DNA of 64,000 nucleotides from Candidatus Saccharimonadales bacterium (GCA_035478615.1 DATIJN010000140.1:56088-120087); one strand, 5' to 3'. Numbered from the stretch's first letter, positions 29,756 to 39,228 are shown. Program-made: numbers and translations. Notes: generated from the letters alone by a model not told the origin.

Positions 29756-29933
29756 TAAAATTGATATACATTTAGATATTGAAGATGATACAAAAAATAA
29801 TGACGATGAAAACTGGAAAATTTTATATACAACATTTTTTATCATTGGTGTATTTGTCTTTTTTTGGTTATTAGTAGCAGTTTTCAACAGTGACGACGTC
29901 ACTGTTACTGTTGTAGAAGAAAAAGAAGATTAA
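29745..29933 (+). CDS. Small single-pass membrane protein (uncertain)
   Basis: 62-aa ATG ORF with an acidic N-terminus plus FFIIGVFVFFWLLVAVF. Its start overlaps the dNK stop (ATGTCATCTGA). Confidence 0.3.
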   Translation: MSSDKIDIHLDIEDDTKNNDDENWKILYTTFFIIGVFVFFWLLVAVFNSDDVTVTVVEEKED

Positions 29934-30694
29934 ATAAATTGTTTAATCATATTTACCGTTTTAAAATGTGCATCATTATCCAATCGCCACACAAATAAAC
30001 CATAAAGTTGGTATTTTTTAATCAATTTAATTTTATCGCTTATCGTTTCATTTGTTTCTTCACCACTTTCAGTTTCAATACCTAATACCATTTTTTGATA
30101 TGGAAAACCGTAATGATGATAATCATTGATTAAATTTTCAATACTATGGATTGGCATCTGATATGACATGATGTGAATTTGATTGACAACATTTTTTATC
30201 AAGCCAACGGTTGCTGGATTATGAACATATGGCCATATGGCATGTGTTATATTGATTTTTTGATAACAAGACGTTATCAGTGTTAATAACGTTTTGTTAT
30301 AATCATTGATCGCTACAGTTTCCCAATCTAAATCTAACCCGTTTAATCGGTAACGATTAAGATATTTAAAAACACTTGTATTGAAAAGACGGGTATTTTT
30401 GGCTGCTGTTAAAAATCGTTCTTCACGTTCGTCGTACAACGATATATGCACTTCACCGTCAGGTTTATGTTGTTTATAGTAGGAAGCAACACGATGAAGT
30501 CTCTCATCATCTGTTACTCGTTCATTAAACATACGGCCATTTTCATCAAGATTAGAAAATGATATGATGATGCGATCAAACATGGACCATGGAATAGTAG
30601 TGTTGATGGTATTATTATAACCTTGATCGAAAATACCAAAATAGGCGTGAATTTTAAACGATGAGACGTAATAAAATAATAATAGTAATAACAT
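29930..30694 (-). CDS. Secreted GH18 (chitinase-like) domain protein
   Basis: N-terminal signal-like MLLLLLFYYVSS. NGLDLDWE corresponds to the GH18 DGxDxDWE catalytic motif (first Asp is Asn). Also HIMSYQM (MxYD-like) and GLFVWRLDND. Confidence 0.6.
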   Translation of the reverse strand: MLLLLLFYYVSSFKIHAYFGIFDQGYNNTINTTIPWSMFDRIIISFSNLDENGRMFNERVTDDERLHRVASYYKQHKPDGEVHISLYDEREERFLTAAKNTRLFNTSVFKYLNRYRLNGLDLDWETVAINDYNKTLLTLITSCYQKINITHAIWPYVHNPATVGLIKNVVNQIHIMSYQMPIHSIENLINDYHHYGFPYQKMVLGIETESGEETNETISDKIKLIKKYQLYGLFVWRLDNDAHFKTVNMIKQFI

Positions 30695-30775
30695 TTTACA
30701 AATTTAAAATGTTATTATTCTAATCATTTTTATACAAATACAATTTTTAGTAAAAAAGTATATATAAGAGTTAAA

Positions 30776-31792
30776 ATGATACATTTGGTTGATATATTAT
30801 CAAACAACAAAGAGGTTGTTGACGAAGTTATTAAAAGATTACGATGTGATGGTTATGTTTTTGTCCAACTTCCACCCGTCTTTATCAAACAAGTTGATGA
30901 ATGTAAAAAACAATTACAGTCCTTTTTAAATCTACCAATACAAAAAAAGTCCATGTACCATGTCGAACCAATTTTTGGCTACTCATCTTTTGACCACAAA
31001 GAAGTATTTAGATTCATGACTGGTACACGTATAAACGAAGTTATATGGCCACCATCATTTGATGCCATCCAACAACTAGCCTTTTTGCTAGATTCCATGG
31101 TACCCACGATTGTCAGTACATTGTTTGATAACGTGGTGATTGACAACAACCACATCCCATTCAAGAAATGGGCTATGTTAGACACAGTTTATTATAACAA
31201 TACAACAACAAGACCAAATAATTTAAACGTTGTTGAGCACTACGATGCAGGTTTGTTAGCCTTTTCATTCTTATCTACTGAACATGGTTTACAATTCAAA
31301 AATCAAAGTGGTGAGTGGATAGATTCACCGCGTGATTGTAGTATTGGCGTGATATGGGTTGGTGATGCAATCAGACAATACAAGTCAGATGATCACGCAG
31401 TGGGTATTCATCGTGTGGCAACTCACCATAAACCAAGATTAGCTATGTGGTACGAAGTGTGTACGTACGCGCAAGAACGTAAAGACTTGTTAAATGAAAA
31501 GTTTTATAGTTACCCGTACGAGTTAGAATTGTTGAAAAAAGAGGGGTATGAACCAGATCTAGCTGATGATGGTAGTATTAACCATTTTGTTAATACTAAT
31601 AACAATCAGTTTATTGGTATAAACGCTGCGAGTGAACTCACTACTGGTAGTAACAAAGTTGCAATTGGGGTGGGTGCTGGCATAAAAGCATTAATAGAAA
31701 ATACCACAGGGTCATCTAAGACTGATATAGGTTATAAAGCATTAAATAGAAATACAGGGCAGCCTAATATTGCTTATAGTCATTTTCATTAA
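30776..31792 (+). CDS. 2OG-Fe(II) oxygenase superfamily protein with Gly/Asn/Thr-rich C-terminal tail
   Basis: VEHYDAGLLAF (HxD), GLQFKNQSGEWIDSP, IGVIWVGDAI, HAVGIHRVA (distal His/Arg). Confidence 0.6.
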   Translation: MIHLVDILSNNKEVVDEVIKRLRCDGYVFVQLPPVFIKQVDECKKQLQSFLNLPIQKKSMYHVEPIFGYSSFDHKEVFRFMTGTRINEVIWPPSFDAIQQLAFLLDSMVPTIVSTLFDNVVIDNNHIPFKKWAMLDTVYYNNTTTRPNNLNVVEHYDAGLLAFSFLSTEHGLQFKNQSGEWIDSPRDCSIGVIWVGDAIRQYKSDDHAVGIHRVATHHKPRLAMWYEVCTYAQERKDLLNEKFYSYPYELELLKKEGYEPDLADDGSINHFVNTNNNQFIGINAASELTTGSNKVAIGVGAGIKALIENTTGSSKTDIGYKALNRNTGQPNIAYSHFH

Positions 31793-31794
31793 CG

Positions 31795-31823
31795 TATATA
31801 TTTATCAAATGAATAAATATATA
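31795..31823. terminator. Hairpin between convergent genes
   Basis: tatatatttat-caaatga-ataaatatata. Confidence 0.5.
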
Positions 31824-34592
31824 TCATTCAAATTGTAATTCTACACCATCACTGGTTTGTCTATAACCATAAATTTTTCGTTTATTTGAATGTATATCCT
31901 CGTGACATTTTTCACACAATACAACCAAGTTGTGTTTAACATTTTTATCAAATGGAATTTGATTCATTTTTTTAAATTCAGCTTGATGTGTGATATGATG
32001 CGTGATTAAGTTTTTAGTTGTTTGACAAATGGCACAATGGGTCATAACCACATCCGCATTAAAATGACTTTGTTTGAATTCTGTATTTTTATTTTTATTT
32101 AAAATAATATCACGGACTTGATAAGCATCTTGAATATAGCCAGGATCTAATCCTAAGAAACTAGCAATTTCTATACCGTATAAATTTGGTGATGGACCAT
32201 CCTTCAATTGACGTTCGTAAATCATTTTATGTTGTTCAATCGTCACTGCGATATGATTAATTTTAACATTTTTACATAATTTAATAATGTCAAGATGAAT
32301 TAAATCATGAAGATGTGACATCAGTATAAACGACGCGCGCGAATTTGATAAATATTTAACTAATGCTGCAATCAACCCAACTTGAGACGGGTATTCAGTA
32401 CCATTAGATAATTCATCACCGATGATTAACGCCGACGGGTCGGCAAAGGTCATAAATTCTTTCATTTTCAAAACTTCATTAATAAATAGGGATTTTTCTG
32501 CATAAATATCGTCACCACCGATCATCTTAATACCAATTTTTTTATAAATGCCATAGACAAAAGATTCGGCAGCGACATACATGCCCGCTTGTGCCATGAA
32601 AACACCAATACCAACTGATCTGCAAAATGTGCTTTTTCCAGCACCATTCACTGAAAAACACAACAATCCATCCACATCATCACCCAAATGACAATCATTC
32701 GGTATAAATTGAACATTGGTATTCACTTTCTCAACAATGGGATGTCTTAATTGTTTAGCATTGATAAATGATTTATCAACATTTTTTATAATGGGTTTGC
32801 AATATTTTTCTTCAACAGCCGTTTTAGCGTTACTTTTAATCACGTCAATGATATTGACATAGTGAACGATATCGTGAAACAACGTGTTATAAGTTGTTGA
32901 TAACTCATTTAACATTTGTAAATAGTAATTTTTAGTTAATAGGTTGATTTGATGTTGTGACTCGACAATTTTTTCCGAAATTTGTCTAATTTCTAAGCTA
33001 GACATTTTATAACCACTAGACTTACCAGTAAACTCTAAATTGGGATACAATTTTTGTAAAATTTTACGCTGCGCTTCCGTGATATGATATTGATAAATAC
33101 CGCTCGCTAGTGTTTTCGTTCCTTTTGATATATCTAATTTTAACGGTTCTGATTTACCAACAGCGTTGGCATAAATTTTAGCTAACTCATCCAATTTTTG
33201 ATGTAATTGGTTATTGTTGTCATACAACACATCTAAATCTACATATTGATTGCGATTAAATAAGGGCTTTATATAATCGTCATCCATATGAAATGCATTT
33301 GTCATGATGATTTTTGTTGTCAAATAAGTATAAAATGCTTGACATTGATTTATGATATCATCATGTAAATCATGAATGTTATATTTCTTTGATAAATGCA
33401 TTAATTTGATAATATGATCATAACTTTGTTCAAGATATTGACATTCACATGGATTTAACGTGTTTATATGAATTTTACGATGTAACTTTTCGATATTGAG
33501 AATGTGATTTAATACATTTTCAAATTCTTGATATACCGGTATCATCAATTCAATGTGTTGATATGATTTATTTATTGTATTTAAATCTGTACTTGGATTA
33601 AGTAATAATTGTTTTAAATAACCTTTACCACCAATGGTACTGGTATTGTTGATGATATTAAATAACGAATATCGATGCTTATCAATTAAATTGAGTTGCT
33701 CGATACAATTTTCAGATAATATAACAACATTGTTATTAGTCTTGATATGTGGTGGCGATAAACATAATAAAAAAGATGGATTAAATTCATTGATAAATTT
33801 TAACAACAAAACATAACAAATGATGGTTGATGGATACTTACCCAATCCTATATATTCAATAGCGGACAACATTTTGCTAGGAAAAATGTCAGATAGAAAT
33901 AAATTTTGAAATTGAATTTTTTTATAATCAGATGGTACTAAATTAAGGCGTAAATGATAAAGTTGATTAGTGAATTTAAGTTTATGAGCCAATTCGGATG
34001 GATCATCAATACATCCATCTGTATAAATGACAATTTGTTTTGGATCAATTTTTTCAACATAACTTATCATATTATGATAAGTCTTATTATTGTTGATATA
34101 ACAAATACTTTTTCCTGTTGATGATTCATAAGTACATATTTCTACATTATCAATAACATGTTTATCAAATTCAATGTATAAACATAAAATGATGTGATTA
34201 TCAATACATGTATCATCATCTTCAATGTCTGTTGCGCCAGAAATGATTTGTTTAAACACACGGGTTTTTCCTTTTGACTTTTTTACACCGCCATCTTGTT
34301 CCTGATCATAAACAACCACAATATAATTAGAATTGATCAGTTCTTTGGTATATTTTTTTAAACTATTGATCGGATAACCACCCGTATAAACATGAGTATC
34401 TTTAATACGTCTAAATGAAATACCCATCTGATCATAACAAATTTTTTTCATACGTTCTTTTGTTCCGTATAGTTGATAAAATCCACCCAATTGATAAAAT
34501 AGGGCTACCTTATCACCGTATTTATCAATATATTCTTCATCCAGTTTTAAATAATGATTGATGTATTCGTGATTGTTTTCATCATCGTCCAT
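31824..34592 (-). CDS. mutS7: MutS7-type DNA mismatch repair ATPase with C-terminal HNH endonuclease
   Basis: Walker A SVNGAGKSTFCRS, IIGDELSNGTE (DE box), MSHLHDL, then CAICQ...HHITH...NLVVLCEKCHEDIH (HNH). Confidence 0.85.
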   Translation of the reverse strand: MDDDENNHEYINHYLKLDEEYIDKYGDKVALFYQLGGFYQLYGTKERMKKICYDQMGISFRRIKDTHVYTGGYPINSLKKYTKELINSNYIVVVYDQEQDGGVKKSKGKTRVFKQIISGATDIEDDDTCIDNHIILCLYIEFDKHVIDNVEICTYESSTGKSICYINNNKTYHNMISYVEKIDPKQIVIYTDGCIDDPSELAHKLKFTNQLYHLRLNLVPSDYKKIQFQNLFLSDIFPSKMLSAIEYIGLGKYPSTIICYVLLLKFINEFNPSFLLCLSPPHIKTNNNVVILSENCIEQLNLIDKHRYSLFNIINNTSTIGGKGYLKQLLLNPSTDLNTINKSYQHIELMIPVYQEFENVLNHILNIEKLHRKIHINTLNPCECQYLEQSYDHIIKLMHLSKKYNIHDLHDDIINQCQAFYTYLTTKIIMTNAFHMDDDYIKPLFNRNQYVDLDVLYDNNNQLHQKLDELAKIYANAVGKSEPLKLDISKGTKTLASGIYQYHITEAQRKILQKLYPNLEFTGKSSGYKMSSLEIRQISEKIVESQHQINLLTKNYYLQMLNELSTTYNTLFHDIVHYVNIIDVIKSNAKTAVEEKYCKPIIKNVDKSFINAKQLRHPIVEKVNTNVQFIPNDCHLGDDVDGLLCFSVNGAGKSTFCRSVGIGVFMAQAGMYVAAESFVYGIYKKIGIKMIGGDDIYAEKSLFINEVLKMKEFMTFADPSALIIGDELSNGTEYPSQVGLIAALVKYLSNSRASFILMSHLHDLIHLDIIKLCKNVKINHIAVTIEQHKMIYERQLKDGPSPNLYGIEIASFLGLDPGYIQDAYQVRDIILNKNKNTEFKQSHFNADVVMTHCAICQTTKNLITHHITHQAEFKKMNQIPFDKNVKHNLVVLCEKCHEDIHSNKRKIYGYRQTSDGVELQFE

Positions 34593-34601
34593 GTTTATTT
34601 A

Positions 34602-34616
34602 CTTTTTGCCAAAAAG
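34602..34616. promoter_or_regulatory. 15-nt palindrome in the MutS7 / F-box gene head-to-head spacer
   Basis: ctttttgccaaaaag; repeated with one extra T at 35445-35460 upstream of the tandem paralogue. Confidence 0.3.
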
Positions 34617-34647
34617 TGTTTGTTTATCATTTTTTTTTGTTTATAAA

Positions 34648-35379
34648 ATGTTTGGCGGCGGTAAAACAATTCAAGATGTCGATGTACGTATTTTATTAGA
34701 TTTAGATATTCAATCTTTATCCAATCAATGTTTTACGAGCAAATTTGCTCATCAATTTTGTTCACAACAACAATTTTGGATTAATAAATACAATCATGAT
34801 CAACTGCCTTTATTTACACCATATCCAAATACCATTAAACAATGGATTGATGATTACAAATTGACATTAGAAGCATCCAATATCCTATTAGTCAATGAAA
34901 TTGAATTAACTAAAGAGGACCCGATTGATGATTTGATTGGTGTTATCAGTGTATACAAATTAGAAACTGTTTATACAAAAGTTTCTAAATTACCGATACC
35001 AGATCAATTGAAATCAGATATTCAATCTGATATCGGTAATGAATTACATGAAGATAATAGTCATTCACTACATTTTAAATATATCAATCATGATGAATAT
35101 GAATTACAATTTAGTGCTTATATTGAAACTGAAGATTATGATGAGGAAGTGTTGTATCCAATTCATATTGATCGTGCTAGTGCAATACAAATATTAAAAG
35201 TTATTTTAAATACTAAACTTGAAATTACTGATACAGAATTATTACCCTATCAACAAAACAAAGTTTATGAATATATTGATGAATATACACCAAAATATAT
35301 TCTTGATATTATTAATGAACGAAAGAAAATTTGGCAATACATTACCGAAAATCAAAACAAAAGTGTTGTTTTAATATAA
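34648..35379 (+). CDS. F-box-like family protein, tandem paralogue 1
   Basis: Track start 34573 is TTG; ATG at 34648 gives MFGGGKTIQDVDVRILLDLDIQSLSNQCF, matching the paralogue start. Confidence 0.6.
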   Translation: MFGGGKTIQDVDVRILLDLDIQSLSNQCFTSKFAHQFCSQQQFWINKYNHDQLPLFTPYPNTIKQWIDDYKLTLEASNILLVNEIELTKEDPIDDLIGVISVYKLETVYTKVSKLPIPDQLKSDIQSDIGNELHEDNSHSLHFKYINHDEYELQFSAYIETEDYDEEVLYPIHIDRASAIQILKVILNTKLEITDTELLPYQQNKVYEYIDEYTPKYILDIINERKKIWQYITENQNKSVVLI

Positions 35380-35491
35380 ATAATAAATATAATCAATATT
35401 AAATATTATATTTATTAAATATTATATTTATTAAATATATAGTACTTTTTTGCCAAAAAGTGATTGTTTATCATTTTTTTTTGTTTATAAA

Positions 35492-36250
35492 ATGTTCGGA
35501 GCCGGTAAAACAATTGAAGATGTCGATGTACGTATTTTATTAGATTTAGATATTCAATCGTTATCCAATCAATGTTTTGTTAATAAATACGCTAATAGAT
35601 TTTGTTCAAAACAACAATTTTGGATTAATAAATACAATCATGATCAACTGCCGATATTTAAACCTTATCCAACAACCATTAAACAATGGATTGATGATTA
35701 TAAATTGACATTAGAAGCATCCAATATCCTATTAGTCAATGAAATTGAATTAACCAAAAAAAATCCTATTGATATTAGAGTAGATAACTTAGAAAGGTTT
35801 TATGATAAAGTTTCTAAATTACCAATACCTGATCAATTTAAATCAATTATTCAATCCAGGGTCGGTAATTATATACATAAATTTAGTAATCATACACTAC
35901 AATTTCAATATATCAATCATGATAATTATCTATTACATTTTAATTCTTATAGTAAAATTGAAGATGATGAATATAATGAAAGTAATATTAATCGTGATGA
36001 TGCGATTAAAATATTAAAAGGTATTTTAAATACAAAACTTATTTTTACTGATGATGCGATTATATTAAAAGGTATTTTAAATACTAAACTTATTATTACT
36101 GATAATGACTTATTACCTTATCAACAAAACGAAGTTTATGAATATATTGATGAATATACACCAAATTATATTATTAATATTATTAATAACCGAAAAAAAA
36201 TTTGGCAATACATTACCGAAAATCAAAACAAAAGTGTTGTTTTAATATAA
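35492..36250 (+). CDS. F-box-like family protein, tandem paralogue 2
   Basis: Track start 35450 is TTG; ATG at 35492 gives MFGAGKTIEDVDV... Internal duplication DDAIKILKGILNTKLIFTD / DAIILKGILNTKLIITD. Confidence 0.6.
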   Translation: MFGAGKTIEDVDVRILLDLDIQSLSNQCFVNKYANRFCSKQQFWINKYNHDQLPIFKPYPTTIKQWIDDYKLTLEASNILLVNEIELTKKNPIDIRVDNLERFYDKVSKLPIPDQFKSIIQSRVGNYIHKFSNHTLQFQYINHDNYLLHFNSYSKIEDDEYNESNINRDDAIKILKGILNTKLIFTDDAIILKGILNTKLIITDNDLLPYQQNEVYEYIDEYTPNYIINIINNRKKIWQYITENQNKSVVLI

Positions 36251-36274
36251 TATAATCAATGTTAATTGATTATA
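36251..36274. terminator. Hairpin 3' of 35492-36250
   Basis: tataatcaa-tgttaa-ttgattata. Confidence 0.45.
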
Positions 36275-36276
36275 TT

Positions 36277-36453
36277 TTAATATATTTGACGCAATTCAAA
36301 TATAGTTAAACCAAAAGTCATTCTCATACATTTATCCCCTAATCTAAAACAAATATTGTTAGAATACATTAATTTTTCAAATATACTAGGTACTGTATAA
36401 TGACTATATTCCGATTCATAATAATGATGATCATCTTTAAATGTAATAATCAT
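36277..36453 (-). CDS. Possible 58-aa ORF below the track cut-off (or remnant)
   Basis: The frame is open for 82 codons (36280-36525) in an otherwise empty 270-bp gap; first ATG is at 36453. A convergent-terminator palindrome at 36251-36274 sits between it and the upstream plus-strand gene. Confidence 0.25.
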   Translation of the reverse strand: MIITFKDDHHYYESEYSHYTVPSIFEKLMYSNNICFRLGDKCMRMTFGLTIFELRQIY

Positions 36454-36521
36454 ATCTTTATAACCAGTTATTTTACCATATAATTTACCATGATTAAAAA
36501 AAAATAAAAATGGATCATTTT

Positions 36522-37619
36522 TTAATCAATATAGTAAATTTCCGGATCATTCGATATTTCGCACATCATACGCCACAAACGGTGATGATTTTGTAACGAA
36601 TCATTATTTTCAGCAATTTTAAATTCATCCATATCACATATATGTCCAACAAGTTGTAAATGCCGCCACAAACGATACTGTGTACCTAAACTACTAATAC
36701 GCCCGCGCACATCAAATGGTATTTTGTAGAAACTTTTTTGTGTCATTTGATAATGCCTTAATATCGTGTCTTTGAGATTTGTTAAATCGGGTAACTTCCA
36801 ATCCCAATAAATATGGCCAATCAGGTTGACATCTTCATAATAACTGGCATATCCAATATGTGATAATGCTTGACAAAGCATTTCTTTATTGGTATTTCCT
36901 TTTTTTCCTTTATCGTTGTATGGCATGGATTTAATATCATTTGATGTCGGTTTACCGCGTTGTTTGAAATACGTATCCAACTTTTGATAAATGATGGTTG
37001 GCGGGTTGTGTTGTAAACCTTGATACCTTAGTAATGCTTTAACAAAATTATCCATGTCATTTTCAGTATTCATATTTTGAATCTTTTGCCCCTCATTTGA
37101 TTTTGTTGTATTTAATAATTGATGTTCATTTAAACAATGTGGACATTTAATCATACCATTGGCAACATTGATTTGATAATCCAATGGTTTTTTACAATTG
37201 ACACAACAATCATGAACATTCATTTGCCGCGTAATATGTATCGTGTAATATTGTTTTGCCATTTTTAAATATTGATCAATTACTTTTAATGTCGATTCAT
37301 TATTAAATTTTAACATCCGATACTGTTCGATAAGTGGTTGTGATAATTGTAAATAATCATGAAGTTTTGTTAATTTGTTCACTCGGTCAATCTCTGCTTC
37401 AATCGATTGAATTTCAGCCAATGTTTCTTTTTTGGCATTAAATGTTTGTGGTTTTTGTTGTAATAACTTTAACATGTCTAATTTATCTGTTAAGGATGGT
37501 AATAGTTGCTTTTCGTTTGATAATGCTTTGGTAATAATGTCGTGTACCAAAGTGATATCATAATCATCAGTATACGTACATACAATCTTACTGATGAGAT
37601 TGTCTTGTTTTTTTGACAT
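36522..37619 (-). CDS. VLTF3-like (poxvirus A2L-type) late transcription factor
   Basis: Central zinc ribbon CVNCKKPL...IKCPHCLNEH and a conserved C-half (YWDWKLP, RLWRHLQLVGH). Track start 37631 is TTG; ATG is at 37619. Confidence 0.55.
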   Translation of the reverse strand: MSKKQDNLISKIVCTYTDDYDITLVHDIITKALSNEKQLLPSLTDKLDMLKLLQQKPQTFNAKKETLAEIQSIEAEIDRVNKLTKLHDYLQLSQPLIEQYRMLKFNNESTLKVIDQYLKMAKQYYTIHITRQMNVHDCCVNCKKPLDYQINVANGMIKCPHCLNEHQLLNTTKSNEGQKIQNMNTENDMDNFVKALLRYQGLQHNPPTIIYQKLDTYFKQRGKPTSNDIKSMPYNDKGKKGNTNKEMLCQALSHIGYASYYEDVNLIGHIYWDWKLPDLTNLKDTILRHYQMTQKSFYKIPFDVRGRISSLGTQYRLWRHLQLVGHICDMDEFKIAENNDSLQNHHRLWRMMCEISNDPEIYYID

Positions 37620-37701
37620 TTTTTTTAACAATGATTTTAATATTTTTAACTTGTTTGATTATGACATAACCGTTTAACGCGCTATTTGCTGTATATTAAT
37701 A

Positions 37702-38037
37702 TCATTTTAATTTAATAACTATACTTGGTTGATTATGACATAACCTTGTAATTGTTTCATATACTGTTTCTTTGCTAATGCGTTCCTTTTCCAATGCTTC
37801 ACTTTCAGATATTGCTGAAAGTATTCTATACTCTTCTTCTTGTTGTGCTGTATAATAGCTGTCTTCGATTATTTTTGACATGATATCGTAATCGTTTATT
37901 TCTTGCTGTTCTAAACTATCTGACAACACACGCTCATCCACATGTTGTCTAGATAATTGACGTGCTACTTCTTCATCTTTTTTAATATGATCCATTTTTT
38001 CTTGTTTTTCGTTTTTGATAATCCGATCAATATTCAT
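37702..38037 (-). CDS. Downstream half of an interrupted RING-like/UIM gene
   Basis: Contains a UIM-like EEEYRILSAISESE. It is in the same frame as 38095-38298, separated by one TAA and 19 open codons that encode ...ECPICRGEL. Confidence 0.45.
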   Translation of the reverse strand: MNIDRIIKNEKQEKMDHIKKDEEVARQLSRQHVDERVLSDSLEQQEINDYDIMSKIIEDSYYTAQQEEEYRILSAISESEALEKERISKETVYETITRLCHNQPSIVIKLK

Positions 38038-38094
38038 TGGTTGTTTAAAAATAAGCTCACCTCGGCATATGGGACATTCTTGCTTTCTTATATT

Positions 38095-38268
38095 TTAATG
38101 ATTACATATCAATTGACAATCCTCTTGTTTTTCAACAGTCATTAAACAAATAGAACAACAATCATCATTTGAAACCTGTGATTGATGATATCGACAGTAT
38201 GATGTATTCATACATTTGCGTCGACAACGTGTTTTATTTTTATTATATCCTAAACATAATTGTGACAT
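38095..38268 (-). CDS. Upstream half of an interrupted RING-like gene
   Basis: MSQLCLGYNKNKTRCRRKC...YCRYH then CCSICLMTVEKQEDCQLICNH followed by a stop. Likely start is the Met at 38268, by analogy to 5679-5993; the track start is 38298. Confidence 0.4.
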   Translation of the reverse strand: MSQLCLGYNKNKTRCRRKCMNTSYCRYHQSQVSNDDCCSICLMTVEKQEDCQLICNH

Positions 38269-38328
38269 TTTTGTTTTAAAAAAATAATATAACATCATTT
38301 TAAGACGATAACAATAAAATGATTGAAA

Positions 38329-38901
38329 ATGGTAAAATTAGAGGTAAAAATGAATAATTATAGAACAAATGTTCTATTCACGTTTGACAACAAACATCCA
38401 TCTAATTATAATATTAAACAATTACAAAAAACGTGTATTTATTTGGGTTTAGATTATCATTCTTTGAAAAAAAAACAATTATATAAACTGGTACTTCCTT
38501 ATTTTGTAGCCTATGATAATGTACCTAGAAGAATATGTATTATGTATCATGATAGGAAATACTACTCTAATATAGATAGGTCCCTGTTTACAGTATATAA
38601 AAACATAGAAAGAACATATTCAGATTCAAAAATAGATGTGTTTAAAATAATATCGGGTAATTTATATAAACATATAAGTTATAGTAAAATATTAAATAAA
38701 TGGGATGATGATAAATATGATGTTACAGATAAAATTCATCAAATTATAATCAATGTACACAAATTTTTAGATTTACAAAATTTATTTGTCATGTTAAAAT
38801 ATCTTAAAAAGCAAAATGTATTCATAAAAGATATATGTACATATATATTCCATATTTACTATACAAACTGTGATGAGATTGTTTATACTACTGTTTTATA
38901 A
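38329..38901 (+). CDS. Hypothetical protein
   Basis: Track start 38323 is TTG; ATGs occur at 38329 and 38350. Confidence 0.45.
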   Translation: MVKLEVKMNNYRTNVLFTFDNKHPSNYNIKQLQKTCIYLGLDYHSLKKKQLYKLVLPYFVAYDNVPRRICIMYHDRKYYSNIDRSLFTVYKNIERTYSDSKIDVFKIISGNLYKHISYSKILNKWDDDKYDVTDKIHQIIINVHKFLDLQNLFVMLKYLKKQNVFIKDICTYIFHIYYTNCDEIVYTTVL

Positions 38902-38926
38902 AAAATGATTAAAATAACTCATTTTT
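38901..38926. terminator. Hairpin 3' of 38329-38901
   Basis: aaaaatga-N10-tcattttt. Confidence 0.4.
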
Positions 38927-38935
38927 AATTAAAAA

Positions 38936-39184
38936 ATGGCGGCGCATTATATATGTGAGGAAATTGAAGAACTAATTAGAGACATGGATACATTAAGTAT
39001 CGATCAAATCAAAGAAAGATTGAAAAATATATTAATCAATCCGTGTGATCAATGTCATCAACGATGTGGCACAAAATCCATGCGTGGAAGCCAATTATTC
39101 CCAGAGACAATCAATACGCCAACCGAATCTCATTCGTTTGAGGTATGTGCTCATTGTCATTATGTTGTGTCTTGGTGTTTATAA
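38936..39184 (+). CDS. Small CxxC...CxxC protein
   Basis: PCDQCHQRCG...VCAHCHYV. Confidence 0.4.
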   Translation: MAAHYICEEIEELIRDMDTLSIDQIKERLKNILINPCDQCHQRCGTKSMRGSQLFPETINTPTESHSFEVCAHCHYVVSWCL

Positions 39185-39228
39185 ATAAACATAAATTAAT
39201 AATATATTATTATATTATTAATTATTAA

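Noticed and set aside
33634-33816. Short ORFs nested antisense or out of frame in long genes: 33634-33816, 54636-54893, 49470-49823, 29190-29390, 30979-31185, 35802-36017, 41847-42041, 46286-46492, 46629-46838, 59041-59223, 61561-61752, 62147-62365, 6183-6365, 15793-16017, 10295-10483, 11239-11460, 13395-13577, 17693-17911, 29720-29902 and 37957-38145.
   Set aside because: Each is fully or largely contained in a longer ORF that has motif or paralogue support. They have low-complexity or hydrophobic nonsense-like composition, which is typical of AT-rich shadow frames.
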